Positions 22,564 through 33,252 of a stretch of DNA of 64,000 nt are shown one piece after another. This DNA is from Blepharisma stoltei ATCC 30299 (Eukaryota; Protista; Ciliophora). The notes under the pieces are model-generated. The model ran no database searches. It had not been told where the DNA came from and saw nothing but the letters and a program-made list of their open reading frames with translations. The translations under genes were made by a program, and so were the position numbers. The stretch is taken from the NCBI GenBank assembly GCA_965603825.1, contig CBFDEM010000027.1, positions 124,001 through 188,000 on the forward strand, given 5' to 3'. The stretch's first letter is position 1. Every line of letters begins with the position of its first letter.

Positions 22564-23775
22564 TTAAAGGGATTCTATTAAGATAGAGGTGGCTCCGCCA
22601 CCTCCGTTGCAAATTCCAGCTAATCCTAAAGTTTTGCCTTTTTCTTGTAAAGAATAAAGAAGAGTACCCAAAATTCGAGCACCTGACATGCCTACTGGGT
22701 GGCCTAAAGCTACGGCTCCACCATTGATATTTACCTTTGCTAAGTCAATATCAAGAAGCTTTATGTTCGCCAATACAACTGAGCTGAATGCTTCATTTAT
22801 TTCAAACAAATCAATTCTTTCTTTAGATAACCCTGCGCGGGTTAAACATTTTTGCATCGCTTCTGCAGGCGCGATACTGAAATGAAGAGGTTCTGTTTCT
22901 GAGTCTGCAAAGCTTAATATCCTTGCTAAAGGCTTTAAGCCTAATTTATCAGCTTTTTCTTTACTCATTAGTAGCACAGCAGCTGCCCCATCATTAATAG
23001 ACGAAGCATTTGCAGCAGTTATCGTCCCTTTTTCACTAAAAACTGGTTTCAAGGTCGGGATTTTATCATATTTCACCTTTGTGTATTCTTCGTCATTTGA
23101 AATAATTTTTTGTCCTTTATTCCCTCCAACCACCACTTTTACAATTTCTTTATTATAAAACCCTCTATTTCAAGCTTTATTTGCTTTTGTATAAGACCTG
23201 ATACAAAATTTGTCTTGCTCTTCTCTTGTGATGCCAAATTTTTCAGCTGTTATTTCAGCACATGCACCCATAGAAAGTTTATTATAAGGACAGTTGAGCC
23301 CGTCTAAACTCATTAGGTCTTGTATAGAATTATCACTGTATTGGTGGCCTGTTCTGTATTTTTGTAGAATATAAGGGACAGAGCTCATACTTTCCATGCC
23401 TCCAGCAATTATTACGTCACTATGACCAAGTGCGATGTTTTGAACTGCTAATGTGACTGCTTTTAGCCCTGATGCACATAGCTTATTGACTCCTGTAGCA
23501 CAAGTTGTGTTGGGAAGCCCTGATAATATTGCAGCTTGTCTTGTAGAAGACTGCCCAGCACCTCCTTGGAATACATGTCCCATTATTACTTCTTGGACTT
23601 CTTTTTCACTTACTTTTGACTCTAGAAAGACAGATCTTATTGCAAAGGAGCCTAAAACTGGAGCTGGGAATGCAGAAAAGCAGCCCCCGAATGACCCGAT
23701 GGCTGTTCTTTTAGCTCCAACTATTACGACATCTCTTGGTAAAAATGAGAAATTCCTAACAAATTTTCCTAGCAT
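22564..23775 (-). CDS. Acetyl-CoA C-acetyltransferase (thiolase II, ACAT-like), probable mitochondrial copy, 403 aa
   Basis: NKLCASG, NEAF, GHPVG, CNGGG; TGA 23170-23172 aligns with TGG-Trp of the neighbouring paralog; short presequence-like MLGKFVRNF. Confidence 0.93.
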
Positions 23776-23778
23776 TTA

Positions 23779-24966
23779 TTAGTTAATCAATTCAATTATT
23801 ATTGAAGTCGCACCGCCACCTCCATTGCATATAGAAGCGCATCCAATCGTTTTATTGGATTCTCTGAGAGAATTGATAAGTGTTGCAATGATCCTGCAGC
23901 CTGACATTGCAAATGGGTGTCCAAGTGCAACTGCTCCTCCATTGATATTTAACTTATCATGGCTTATCCCAAGTAGTTTCATATTAACAATTGCAATCGA
24001 GCTGAAATTTTCATTGATTTCCCACAAGTCAACATTATTAACTGTCATTTTTGCCCTTTTCAGAGCCATTTGTATAGAAGGTGTAGGTGCAGTTCCAAAG
24101 TGCATAGGCTCAGTTTCTCCGTCAGCGAAGCTTACAATTCTAGCTAAAGGCTTTACTCCAAGCTTTCTAGCTGCGTCTATGCTCATAACTAAAGCAGTTG
24201 ACCCTCCATCATTAAACCCTGAGGCATTTGCAGCAGTAATAGTCCCATTTTTATCAAAAACAGGCTTAAGTGTAGGGATTTTGTCATATTTTACCTTTTT
24301 ATATTCGTCGTCTTCGGTTACCGTCACATTTCCTCCTTTTCCTTGGACTTCAATGGGGACGATTTCATTGTTAAAAAACCCTCTTTTCCATGCTTTTTCA
24401 GCTCTTCTATAAGACTCGGCGCAGAAACTGTCTTGCTCTTCTCTTGTGATGCCGTATTTTTCAATGGTTTTTTCTGAGCATAGTCCCATAGTTAATTTTG
24501 AATGTTTACAGTATACACCATCTGTGGAAAGGAGGTTAAAAATAGTGGAATCAGCGTAAAGATGTCCAGGACGGTAATCAGCGATATAGAAAGGGGCAAG
24601 ACTCATATTTTCTATACCTCCTGCCATTATGACATCTACGTGGCCTAGAGTGATGCTTTGAGCTGCTAATGTGACTGATTTCATGCCTGAGGAGCAAGCT
24701 TTATTAATACCTGTACAGATGGTTTCGTAAGGAAGCCCTGCATAGATAGAAGCTTGACGAGCCGGAGCTTGGCCTAGTCCTCCAAACATATTTCCAAGCA
24801 TTACTTCTTGGATATCAGATGGCTTTATATTGGCTTGCTGAATTGCTGCCTTGATACAGCTTGCACCAAGATTAACTGCTGGGATTTTGCTTAACGAGCC
24901 CATATAACTGCCTATTGGAGTTCTTTTAGCAGCAGCTATTATTACTTCTCTAGGCATAAAGCTCAT
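23779..24966 (-). CDS. Thiolase II paralog (start 24966, or upstream ATG at 25002)
   Basis: NKACSSG, NENF, GHPFA, CNGGG; aligns end to end with the downstream thiolase. Confidence 0.93.
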   Translation of the reverse strand: MSFMPREVIIAAAKRTPIGSYMGSLSKIPAVNLGASCIKAAIQQANIKPSDIQEVMLGNMFGGLGQAPARQASIYAGLPYETICTGINKACSSGMKSVTLAAQSITLGHVDVIMAGGIENMSLAPFYIADYRPGHLYADSTIFNLLSTDGVYCKHSKLTMGLCSEKTIEKYGITREEQDSFCAESYRRAEKAWKRGFFNNEIVPIEVQGKGGNVTVTEDDEYKKVKYDKIPTLKPVFDKNGTITAANASGFNDGGSTALVMSIDAARKLGVKPLARIVSFADGETEPMHFGTAPTPSIQMALKRAKMTVNNVDLWEINENFSSIAIVNMKLLGISHDKLNINGGAVALGHPFAMSGCRIIATLINSLRESNKTIGCASICNGGGGATSIIIELIN

Positions 24967-25092
24967 CTTATTAATTTCAATGAAAAATGCAATATATTCC
25001 ATTTATTTTATCCATCATTATCTATTTCTTTACAAATTAACAAAATAATCCACATAAAATACAATAATATACTAATTTTAGTATTATAAAAC

Positions 25093-25605
25093 TTATTTAT
25101 GAGAAGCCTGTATTGCTTGGCTGCCCAAGCATTTAGCAAGCACTTCTGTAAGAGCTTTAATTTCATGCCTAAAACTGTCTTCTTGCATCCCTTGATTTTT
25201 CCTCATTTGTCCTTCTCCATACACAACGGTCAGATCAGGAATTGTGGTTCCTCTTGCCACCCTGACCCCTGCAGTAATAATACAGCCATTCCCAATTTTA
25301 CAATTTGGCTCTACCTTGCATCGGTGTTCAAAAACATTATAATTCCCTATTTCACTGTATTCTATTATAGTGCCGACTTCAAATATGTTATATGAGCCAA
25401 TCTGTAATGGAAGCGGGGCTGGGTTTTCTTCAGGTTTTCGATTTATTATTCTGACTCTTTCTTCAATGATATTGTATTCGCCGAAAACAATTGGGGCAGA
25501 TTCAGCTATTATGGAACAGTCAGGGTGGATCACAGAGCCTTGACCAAAAGCAATTTGGCCTTCAATTTCTATGTTTTTAGAACAAATTACTTGCTGCTCG
25601 GCCAT
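25093..25605 (-). CDS. DCTN6: Dynactin subunit 6 (p27), left-handed beta-helix
   Basis: GSVIHP, IIAESAPIVFGEYNIIEE, IGSYNIFEVG, GNGCIITAG, TVVYG. Confidence 0.85.
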   Translation of the reverse strand: MAEQQVICSKNIEIEGQIAFGQGSVIHPDCSIIAESAPIVFGEYNIIEERVRIINRKPEENPAPLPLQIGSYNIFEVGTIIEYSEIGNYNVFEHRCKVEPNCKIGNGCIITAGVRVARGTTIPDLTVVYGEGQMRKNQGMQEDSFRHEIKALTEVLAKCLGSQAIQASHK

Positions 25606-25649
25606 AGATTATATTTTGAAATAGATTATAAATAATTAGATAAATAATA

Positions 25650-26282
25650 TTAGCCTTTGTAATAATAACTACTTGGGACACGAGTTTCAAGGTAGGTTTT
25701 TAAAGACTGAGACGACTCAATTAATCTTGTCATCCATTGCTTTACTTTTGGAGCATTTAAGTCAAAAATGTCTGGGCTCTCTACTAGAATATAGTTATAC
25801 AAAAAGCTGAACACAAAAAAATCTGCATTTGTAGGGTGATCTCCTACAAAAAACCCTTGCCCAGCGTTATTTCTTTCTAATCTAGCTTCAATTTTTTGCA
25901 GCCAATCAGGAATCTTATCAGAAAACGTTTTTTTGAGGCCTTCTTCATCTTTAGTCCAGAAAAAATTCGCGATATACATTTGCATATCGTCTATTAAATC
26001 ACAGAGAGACTCTATCCAATATATATCTTGAGGATTTGAAGTATACAAATTGTATTTTTGGCACAAATACCTGACAATTGAGCGAGTTTGAGCTAATCGG
26101 AGACCATCAATATCGACTACTGGCAATTGGCCAAATTCAGCGAGCCCTGAAACTTTAACCTCTGGCCATTCAGAAAATTGGACTCTGTGGTCTGTAAAAG
26201 GAACACCAACATAGTGAAGGAGGATTCTAATTACTTCTGCTCTTCCGTATAGGTCGAAATAGTGCACCACTATGTCTGACAT
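25650..26282 (-). CDS. Glutathione S-transferase (sigma-like), copy 1
   Basis: YFDLYGRAEVIR, FGQLPV, QTRSIVRYL, FFVGD..ADF. Confidence 0.93.
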   Translation of the reverse strand: MSDIVVHYFDLYGRAEVIRILLHYVGVPFTDHRVQFSEWPEVKVSGLAEFGQLPVVDIDGLRLAQTRSIVRYLCQKYNLYTSNPQDIYWIESLCDLIDDMQMYIANFFWTKDEEGLKKTFSDKIPDWLQKIEARLERNNAGQGFFVGDHPTNADFFVFSFLYNYILVESPDIFDLNAPKVKQWMTRLIESSQSLKTYLETRVPSSYYYKG

Positions 26283-26522
26283 ACAGAAATTTATTATAAA
26301 AATTAATGGATATTTTTATTCGTAATCGCTCTTAATTTTGACCACTAGGAATATTTCGCTAATAATAGGCTGGACAAAGCATTTTCATTGCCTTTAAAAG
26401 TTAGATTAAGATATAAATAGTTTAGCAAATGCTGAAATGATGTGCTTAATTAACTCTAAATCCAGATATAAAGAAAAATTGGTTTTTAATTAAACTCTCC
26501 TCATTAAAATTAAGCTAATTAG

Positions 26523-27143
26523 TTAAAAGTCACGTTGAGGACGAGAATCAAGATAAGTCTTCAAGGTCTGAGAGGATTCAATTATTCTTGTCATCCATTG
26601 CTTTACCTTTGGAGCATACGAGTCAAAATACTCAGGATGAATTTTAATGATAAAAGTATGCAACAACCCAAATGCATAAAAATCTGCTTTTGTTGCGTGG
26701 TCTCCTACAAAAAACCCTTGCCCTCCGTTATTTCTTTCTAATCTTGCTTCAAGTTTTCTAAGCCAATCAGGCATTCTTTCTTCAAAAGCTTTATTGAGAC
26801 CTTCAAAATCTTTATTGTAAACAAATTTTCCCATATATGTTCCAATATCGTCTATTAAATCACAAAGACTCTCAACGTAATACACGTCTTGAATGCCTGA
26901 TACATAATAATTGTATTTTTGGCACAGGTAGCGAATAATCGACCTAGTTTGGACTAATCGATGACCATCAATGTCGACAGCTGGCAACTGACCGAATTCA
27001 GTGAATCCAGTAGCTTTTATTGCTGGCCATTCTTCGAATTGGATTCTGTGGTCTGTAAAAGGGATCCCAGCATAGTGAAGGATGAGTCTAATTGTTTCAG
27101 CTCTCCCGTAGATATCAAAATAGTGAACTACTATATCTGACAT
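26523..27143 (-). CDS. Glutathione S-transferase (sigma-like), copy 2
   Basis: Tandem paralog of 25650..26282 with the same motifs. Confidence 0.93.
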   Translation of the reverse strand: MSDIVVHYFDIYGRAETIRLILHYAGIPFTDHRIQFEEWPAIKATGFTEFGQLPAVDIDGHRLVQTRSIIRYLCQKYNYYVSGIQDVYYVESLCDLIDDIGTYMGKFVYNKDFEGLNKAFEERMPDWLRKLEARLERNNGGQGFFVGDHATKADFYAFGLLHTFIIKIHPEYFDSYAPKVKQWMTRIIESSQTLKTYLDSRPQRDF

Positions 27144-27677
27144 TTTTGCTTGGATTTATTATTAAAATTAATGGACACTTCTATTAATAGTTTAAATTAT
27201 TAAAGAAATCATATAGTTAAATCCAAATCTTTTAATATATTCACTCTAGTTAGGAAAATTATATATGAAGGATGAGAAGGAAAATTTTGATTCAATAACC
27301 TCATTTCTTTAGTGACTTTAGTTGGTATCTCATGTTCTGCCATCTGTTAAAATAGGTAATCATCAAATGGTGAAGTATAGATTTGGCTTTTTAATTTCTT
27401 CTTTGCTTAAATTTGTACAAGTGGGGTCGATCAATAGGCTATATTATTTCAAAAAATCATTCTTAGTCTTTGGATCTTGACTCGAACAAGATCCGAAGAA
27501 GCATAGAAAAAGCTGACTTTTATGATTTTTTTCTTATTTTCTACCATAAATCCCAAATTCTAAAAACAAACTAATACTTATAAATTAAATAAAGCAGAAA
27601 TCACCTGAAATAATTTGCAAAAAAGAATTGAAGAAAAATCTATTTAAATATATTTTTTAATTAAATGTAATGCTATA

Positions 27678-28442
27678 TTACATATGAAAGCTCTCTTGTG
27701 TACTCAAAGGCATCATAAAAACTTCCTCACAGAGATATGGGTCATCTGTCCACATAAATTCAACTGGAGCTTCTTCATAGTAACTCGACACAGTTGCTGA
27801 TGAGAATGGGTTCGAAATATGATGCCCTGTTATTATTAGTTCATCCTCTTCAAGTGGCATAAACTCTGGAAAACTCTCAGATTTTTCACATTCTTCATCT
27901 TTTACGCTGTTTTCATCTAAAGTAGTGGACACGTCGTTGTCCTGAGTTTGGCGCTTCTTTTTTTGGAGTGAAGATAAGATTTTTGAAGATAATAATTTAT
28001 CGTGCTCTTTGAGGTCTTCTCTTGTCCCATCAATCCCTTTAATTTTTCTAAATCTTTTCCGTATAGTAGAATAGAAGTGATTTTTTATTGAATTGTCAGT
28101 CCTCCCTGGGAGAAATTTTGAAATTTCTGCCCATTTGTTTCCAAGCTTTTCATGGTTTTCAAATAGCAGAAGTTCTTCATCAAGGCTTCAGTTGTCCTTG
28201 TTAATGCCAGGGTTGAGGTGGTTGTGTCATCTTTCTCTGCACTGCTTTCCAGTTCTTTGAGAATTAAATTGGAGGCTTAGCTTTTCAGAAATCACTGTTC
28301 ACTGTTTTGTCCCATTTTCTATCACTAGCTTTCTAATGGCTTCATCTTCTTGTGAAGACCAAGCTCTGCGCTTGGTAAAGAAATCTTTGGCTGCCTTCAA
28401 GGAATGTCTGGATTTCTTGGAATGCTTTGCTTTTGAGCGCAT
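27678..28442 (-). CDS. R2R3-Myb transcription factor, 254 aa
   Basis: WSSQED, KQ[W], RTGKQCRER[W]HNHLNP, N[W]SLDEE, GNKWAEISKFLPGRTDNSIKNHF; TGA at 28299, 28227 and 28188 are all invariant Myb Trp. Confidence 0.95.
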
Positions 28443-28855
28443 AATTAATATTTATTAATTGTTCGTTTTAAAATTCAAATTTAATGATTAATTGAGAAGT
28501 AAATAAATTCAAAAAAATTGTTGAGAAATTGGTTTGAGTGTATATGGATGGATTGTGCATTATTAAAGGAAAATAAATTAAAACATGAAGTGAAGCTGGT
28601 TTTGTGTTTTAATGATTTTAGATTGATGACAAATTTTGTATAAAAAGTAATTAGTTAATCCTTGCTTGGTCAGCAAGAATAACTGAGAAAATTGAAGATT
28701 TTTATTAATGTGGAAAACCAATCGTAAGTCATCCATTTTCAGCATTTTATGACGTTTTAATTACTCTAAAAATAAAAACTACAGTTTGTGAGGTAATTTA
28801 GATATTTAATTTGTCAAAGCTGGAAGTAAGACAGGTTTACAGTATATATATTTAA

Positions 28856-29224
28856 TTATAGATGTAAATTAATTATGCTGGACTCAAACAGTAATCTATC
28901 AACAAATTTTGCTTTGCTGGGTCCATGCCTTCTTCTTACCTTTTTATTGCTCGCCTCAGTTGAGGCATCAATTTCTTTTCGAGATTCTTGCTGAATAGTA
29001 ACTTTAACCTTAATTTCATTAGCAAGCTTTGTAAGAGAATCTATCCTCTCTTCAATATCAGTTTTATCCGACGCTAAATCACGGTTAAAAGATTCTGGAA
29101 AATCGTTATGCTTTATTCCAATTTTTTGTGTGCGAAAATGCTGATCAAAGCTTACATCCCAAGAATTAGATCTTCCCATATGACTAATGATTGTTATCCC
29201 CTTTTTCTTCGCTTTTTTAAACAT
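28856..29224 (-). CDS. Hypothetical protein, 122 aa
   Basis: ATG-TAA ORF, less AT-rich than its flanks. Confidence 0.55.
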   Translation of the reverse strand: MFKKAKKKGITIISHMGRSNSWDVSFDQHFRTQKIGIKHNDFPESFNRDLASDKTDIEERIDSLTKLANEIKVKVTIQQESRKEIDASTEASNKKVRRRHGPSKAKFVDRLLFESSIINLHL

Positions 29225-29486
29225 TTATCTTTTTTATGATTTAATAATCCCAATAAATAAAATTCCAATTTTTGCATTCAAAATTTAATTTAAATATATT
29301 GATAAATATACATATTAATTTATATATACAGTTTAAATTTCACTATATAAAATAATCAATAAATAAATTAAAATTAAATTAAAATAAGTTTAAGTGAGTT
29401 TGGATTTTATTTTTCTGATATTAATCTATTTGAAACATAATGTTGAAGAAATGAATCATAAGGAAAAATAAAGATGAAAATATATA

Positions 29487-30365
29487 ATGGAAGAATCTGA
29501 TACAAGAGTTACGAAGAATATTCCTCAAGAGGCCTATTTTTTTCAGCCAACAGGGCCATCAGTTTGCCTAAATTCGGGCCAATCCATAATCAGATTCATA
29601 TTTTACGGAGTTCCTTTTACCAATTATGAGCTCAATGAGCTATCAAATTTCAAAGAAGCAATTAATTCTTTCTCTCCCAGAATAAATCTGCCTCCACATT
29701 TTACCGATGAGGAGCTTCTCAGAATCCTCATCAGTTCAGGGTTCAACAAAAAGCAAGCTGTCAAAGATTTATTAGCAGCAATTCAATGGCGAGCTAATCT
29801 TTCACAAGGATTTTATACTCTCCTTCCGAAATGTGAGCATCTGATTAACACAGGCGGAATTTATTTTCACGGAAGAGATTTTCATTATAGGCCGCTTCTT
29901 GTGATAAATGTATCGAGGATCAATTTTAATGCCCATTCTGTTGAAGAATATTCGTGACTCCTTTGTTTTTGGCTTGAGTATGGAATTCAGTCTTTAATGT
30001 TACCAGGACACGTTGAGAACTGGATGGTCATTATAGACTTGGAAAACCAGTCCTTAAGGCAAATTCCGTGGACTGATCTAAAATCACTGGTGGATCTATT
30101 GAAAACTAATTATAGATGTAGGATGATTACTGCTTATATAGTAAACTCGCCTTTTACTATGAAGTGTATGTGAAAAATGATAAGACCGTTTATACCGGAG
30201 CAAACTGCAAATAAAGTTAAAATATTAGGGTACGGTCCAGTTGACGAGCTGAAGAAACTCTTTGCAAGACATCAATATGAAGAAAAATATGGAGGATCTG
30301 CCCCAAATGCCACAGTTTTTTGGCCTCCAACGATGCCACCTGGACCTTTTGCTCCTTCATCATAA
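29487..30365 (+). CDS. CRAL-TRIO/Sec14 lipid-binding protein, 292 aa
   Basis: DEELLRIL, YFHGRDFHYRPLL, ENWMVIIDL, NYRCRM..AYIVNSP, [W]KMIRPF, QYEEKYGG; TGA at 29955 and 30171. Confidence 0.9.
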
Positions 30366-30454
30366 TTGAAATTAATTTATCATTATTGCATTATATCGTA
30401 TCTTTATAAATAACACAAAATTAATCCCCCTTTTTTATAATCATAATCAGCTTA

Positions 30455-30862
30455 ATGGAATCAATAGAAAACGAAACTGGGTTTCCTTGTCCTATTTGTT
30501 CAAATTCTTATCCTACACAAGCAGAAGTAATGATACATATAAAATCCCATGGAGGACAAGAAAATCTCTGTATTATCTGCGACAAGTATTTTATAGGAAA
30601 AAATGAACTGAGCTCTCACTTGAAATCGCACCCAACATGCTGATATTGCAAGATGAAATTGCATAATTTTAAAGATTACGAGGACCATAATTTAGGCTGC
30701 CATCTTGATAAACTAATAGAAGACCAAAAAATATTTTTCACTTCTAATAAAAGTGGACTTAAGAGGACAAAATGCAGATTTTGCTCGTTGATTTTGCCAA
30801 ACAGGCTATACGCATTAGTTCATGTAAGATTTGTTCATTTGTTATTAACAAGGCTAATTTAA
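30455..30862 (+). CDS. C2H2 zinc-finger protein (4 fingers), 135 aa
   Basis: CPIC..H..H, CIIC..H..H, C[W]YC..H...H, CRFC..H...H; TGA 30641-30643 lies inside a CxxC. Confidence 0.85.
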
Positions 30863-30913
30863 CTGATTCTTTTTAATTCTTATTCCTGTATATAATAGTG
30901 ATTTTTTCTAAAA

Positions 30914-31329
30914 ATTCTTAGTGAAATATTCAGAAAAACGGATAAAAATGGAGATGGAAAAATCAGCAGAGAAGAAATAACGAGCCAATACATCCACACT
31001 GTTGGGACAATAAATGCCCAAGCTGAAGTAGAGCAATTTTGAAAGAAGTTGACAAAGATGTAAATGGCTTTTTTTATTATACAGAATTCTCAAAGCAGCA
31101 ATAGATATAAGAACACATTTATCCTCAGAAAACAAAGAAGCTGCATTTAAATTATTTGATAGAGAGAAAAATCGGAAGATTTCAAAAAGTAAGCTGAAAA
31201 AGGTTTTATGAGGGACGAGTCGAGGCGATGGCCATATTTGGAGAGATATTATTAGGTAAGCTGATAAAGAATGGAGATGGAAAAATTAATTTGCAAGAAT
31301 TTCAGGAACTAATATTGTCGAAAGCGTAA
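30914..31329 (+). pseudogene. Frameshifted remnant of a CDPK/calmodulin-type four-EF-hand domain
   Basis: IFRKTDKNGDGKISREE, AAFKLFD and NGDGKINLQEFQELI in shifting frames with TAA stops; no kinase domain upstream. Confidence 0.75.
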
Positions 31330-31361
31330 AAATGTTATAATTAAATTAATAGGGATATTTT

Positions 31362-31428
31362 TGATGGCAATGATGAAATTAAGACTGAGCTCAGGCGATG
31401 AAAGGTCCTACCAGGTTTTGAGCCATCA
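31362..31428 (+). ncRNA. Candidate box C/D snoRNA, copy 1
   Basis: Terminal stem TGATGGC/GCCATCA, box C ATGATGA (31370), D' CTGA, C' CGATGA, D-like TTGA directly before the stem. Confidence 0.55.
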
Positions 31429-31493
31429 TAAATCATAAATTAAATAATATGCTTCTATTGCAATTGCATTGATACTGCTTAGATATTAAGCAC

Positions 31494-31641
31494 GATGGAA
31501 ATGGGAGTATTTAATGAAACTGTTTTAGGAGGCCGGCTCTAGGCGATCATCATATTTGGAATGATATTATAGGAAGCTGATAAGAATGAGATAAAGATTG
31601 ATTTTCAAGAATTTCAAGTATTAATATTGTCTAAAGCATAA
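31494..31641 (+). pseudogene. Second, shorter decayed copy of the EF-hand C-terminus
   Basis: Near-duplicate of ~31200-31329 (catatttgg...gctgataag...caagaatttca...atattgtc.aaagc.taa). Confidence 0.65.
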
Positions 31642-31658
31642 AAATTTTATAATTAAAT

Positions 31659-31732
31659 TGCTGATGGCAACGATGAAAATACTACTGAGATAAGACGATG
31701 AAAGTTCTACCAGGTAATTTGAGCCATCGGCA
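31659..31732 (+). ncRNA. Candidate box C/D snoRNA, copy 2
   Basis: 10-bp stem TGCTGATGGC/GCCATCGGCA (one G-U), ACGATGA, CTGA, CGATGA, TTGA; guide core CTACCAGGT shared with copy 1. Confidence 0.55.
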
Positions 31733-32282
31733 TTAGGATGAATTAATAATACGTTTCTATTACAATTGTATTGATACTACTTCGATATTAAATAAGCCCG
31801 ATTGTATGTATTTCTTTCAAAAGTATGTAACAGTGCGAATTTTACTATGAAAATCTAAATAAGATAATACAGAAATTAATTTTATTTTCACAATTGCTAA
31901 AATATTTTATATTCTCTATTGTTAAAATTAAAAATTGAATAAATTTAGTTTTAAAACTATTAATAAAAATCTTTAGATATTTGAGCATCTCATATTCTTT
32001 TGGATGGAAATTTTATAATTCCGACGAAAAACAATAATTTTAAAATTGATAGATTATTTTGCTTACAATATTTAATTAATAAATAAATTAACCTCATATC
32101 TTAATATGTCAAATATTTTAATATAACTTATATGAAAAAGCTTAACCTGAATACTATAATTCATCAATAAAATTACATGCAAGTATTAAGGTAAGAATAA
32201 TAAAAATATTCTTAATATTAATCTCAAAATCTTTCAAGAGCTCAAAATAAAAGAAAAAATTATAAAGAAGCATTATTCATAA

Positions 32283-33227
32283 ATGGGAACTAAAGCATCA
32301 AAGCAGGAAATAATATCTTTAAAGCAAAACAATTTCTTCAAGAGAGCAGAAGGAATCAAAAGAGCGAAGATGCCTTCTCAAATCTCAGGCAGATCATCAG
32401 ATACAGTAAGGAATGGACTAGTGGCAGGAGATGCAACTCCTCCATTATCTCCTAGAAATCATAAATCAACCCCGAAAAATAATTTTGTGAAGACCCAAAA
32501 AATTTTAAAAGCCTTTGTTTTCGACCATATTGATATTTTTCAAAAACATAGAGAGAAATCCGTAGAAAGCATTGATATAACGAAAGCAAGAATGTTTTTG
32601 CGAAAACCAAGAAAAAGACAAATAAGCCAGTTATCATCAGTCCCAAGCCCAATATTAGAGCCAAGTCCTCCTCCAATAAAGAAAAATAAAATAATGGTAC
32701 TTGATTCAGACCGTTCCACTTCTGATTCTGCAAGATTAGGAGATATTTTTGAGCATCCTCAGAAAATCCACCAAAAAAGAAAAGAAAAACTTGGGAAATC
32801 TCACGCAAAAAATACATCAATAAAGTATATTAGCTTTGCCCCTAGATCATTATCACCGAAATCATCTGATACTTCTGGACTAAGTAGTAAAAAAGATACA
32901 AGCTTTTTTGAGACTAGAAATGGGGCGATCTCGTTTTTAAAATTAATTAAAGATAAAACAGAAACAAATTTTTTATCCGAAAGCAAATTTCTTTTTGCCC
33001 CAAATGTTCAGACACAAATTCCAATAGATTCTCAGTCGCAATCTCCATCACGAAAATCTACTATTCCTGCTGTTTCTCCTGCATCAGTTAGAACTGTTAG
33101 GCTAAGAGGAAGATCGAAACAAAAAAGTGACGCAACTCCAGAAAATTTTGACAAAATTGACTTAAAAAATCCACGAAAAAGCAATTGGACATGGAAATCG
33201 TCAACTGGAAGAATAATTTTGGGATAA
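32283..33227 (+). CDS. Hypothetical Ser/Lys-rich disordered protein
   Basis: 314-aa ATG-TAA ORF; MG start could be myristoylated. Confidence 0.75.
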   Translation: MGTKASKQEIISLKQNNFFKRAEGIKRAKMPSQISGRSSDTVRNGLVAGDATPPLSPRNHKSTPKNNFVKTQKILKAFVFDHIDIFQKHREKSVESIDITKARMFLRKPRKRQISQLSSVPSPILEPSPPPIKKNKIMVLDSDRSTSDSARLGDIFEHPQKIHQKRKEKLGKSHAKNTSIKYISFAPRSLSPKSSDTSGLSSKKDTSFFETRNGAISFLKLIKDKTETNFLSESKFLFAPNVQTQIPIDSQSQSPSRKSTIPAVSPASVRTVRLRGRSKQKSDATPENFDKIDLKNPRKSNWTWKSSTGRIILG

Positions 33228-33252
33228 TTTTTGATAAAATTAAAAATTTCAT

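Noticed and set aside
27468-27498. Hairpin ctttggatcttg/caagatccgaag
   Set aside because: Isolated ~12-bp stem with no other ncRNA hallmarks
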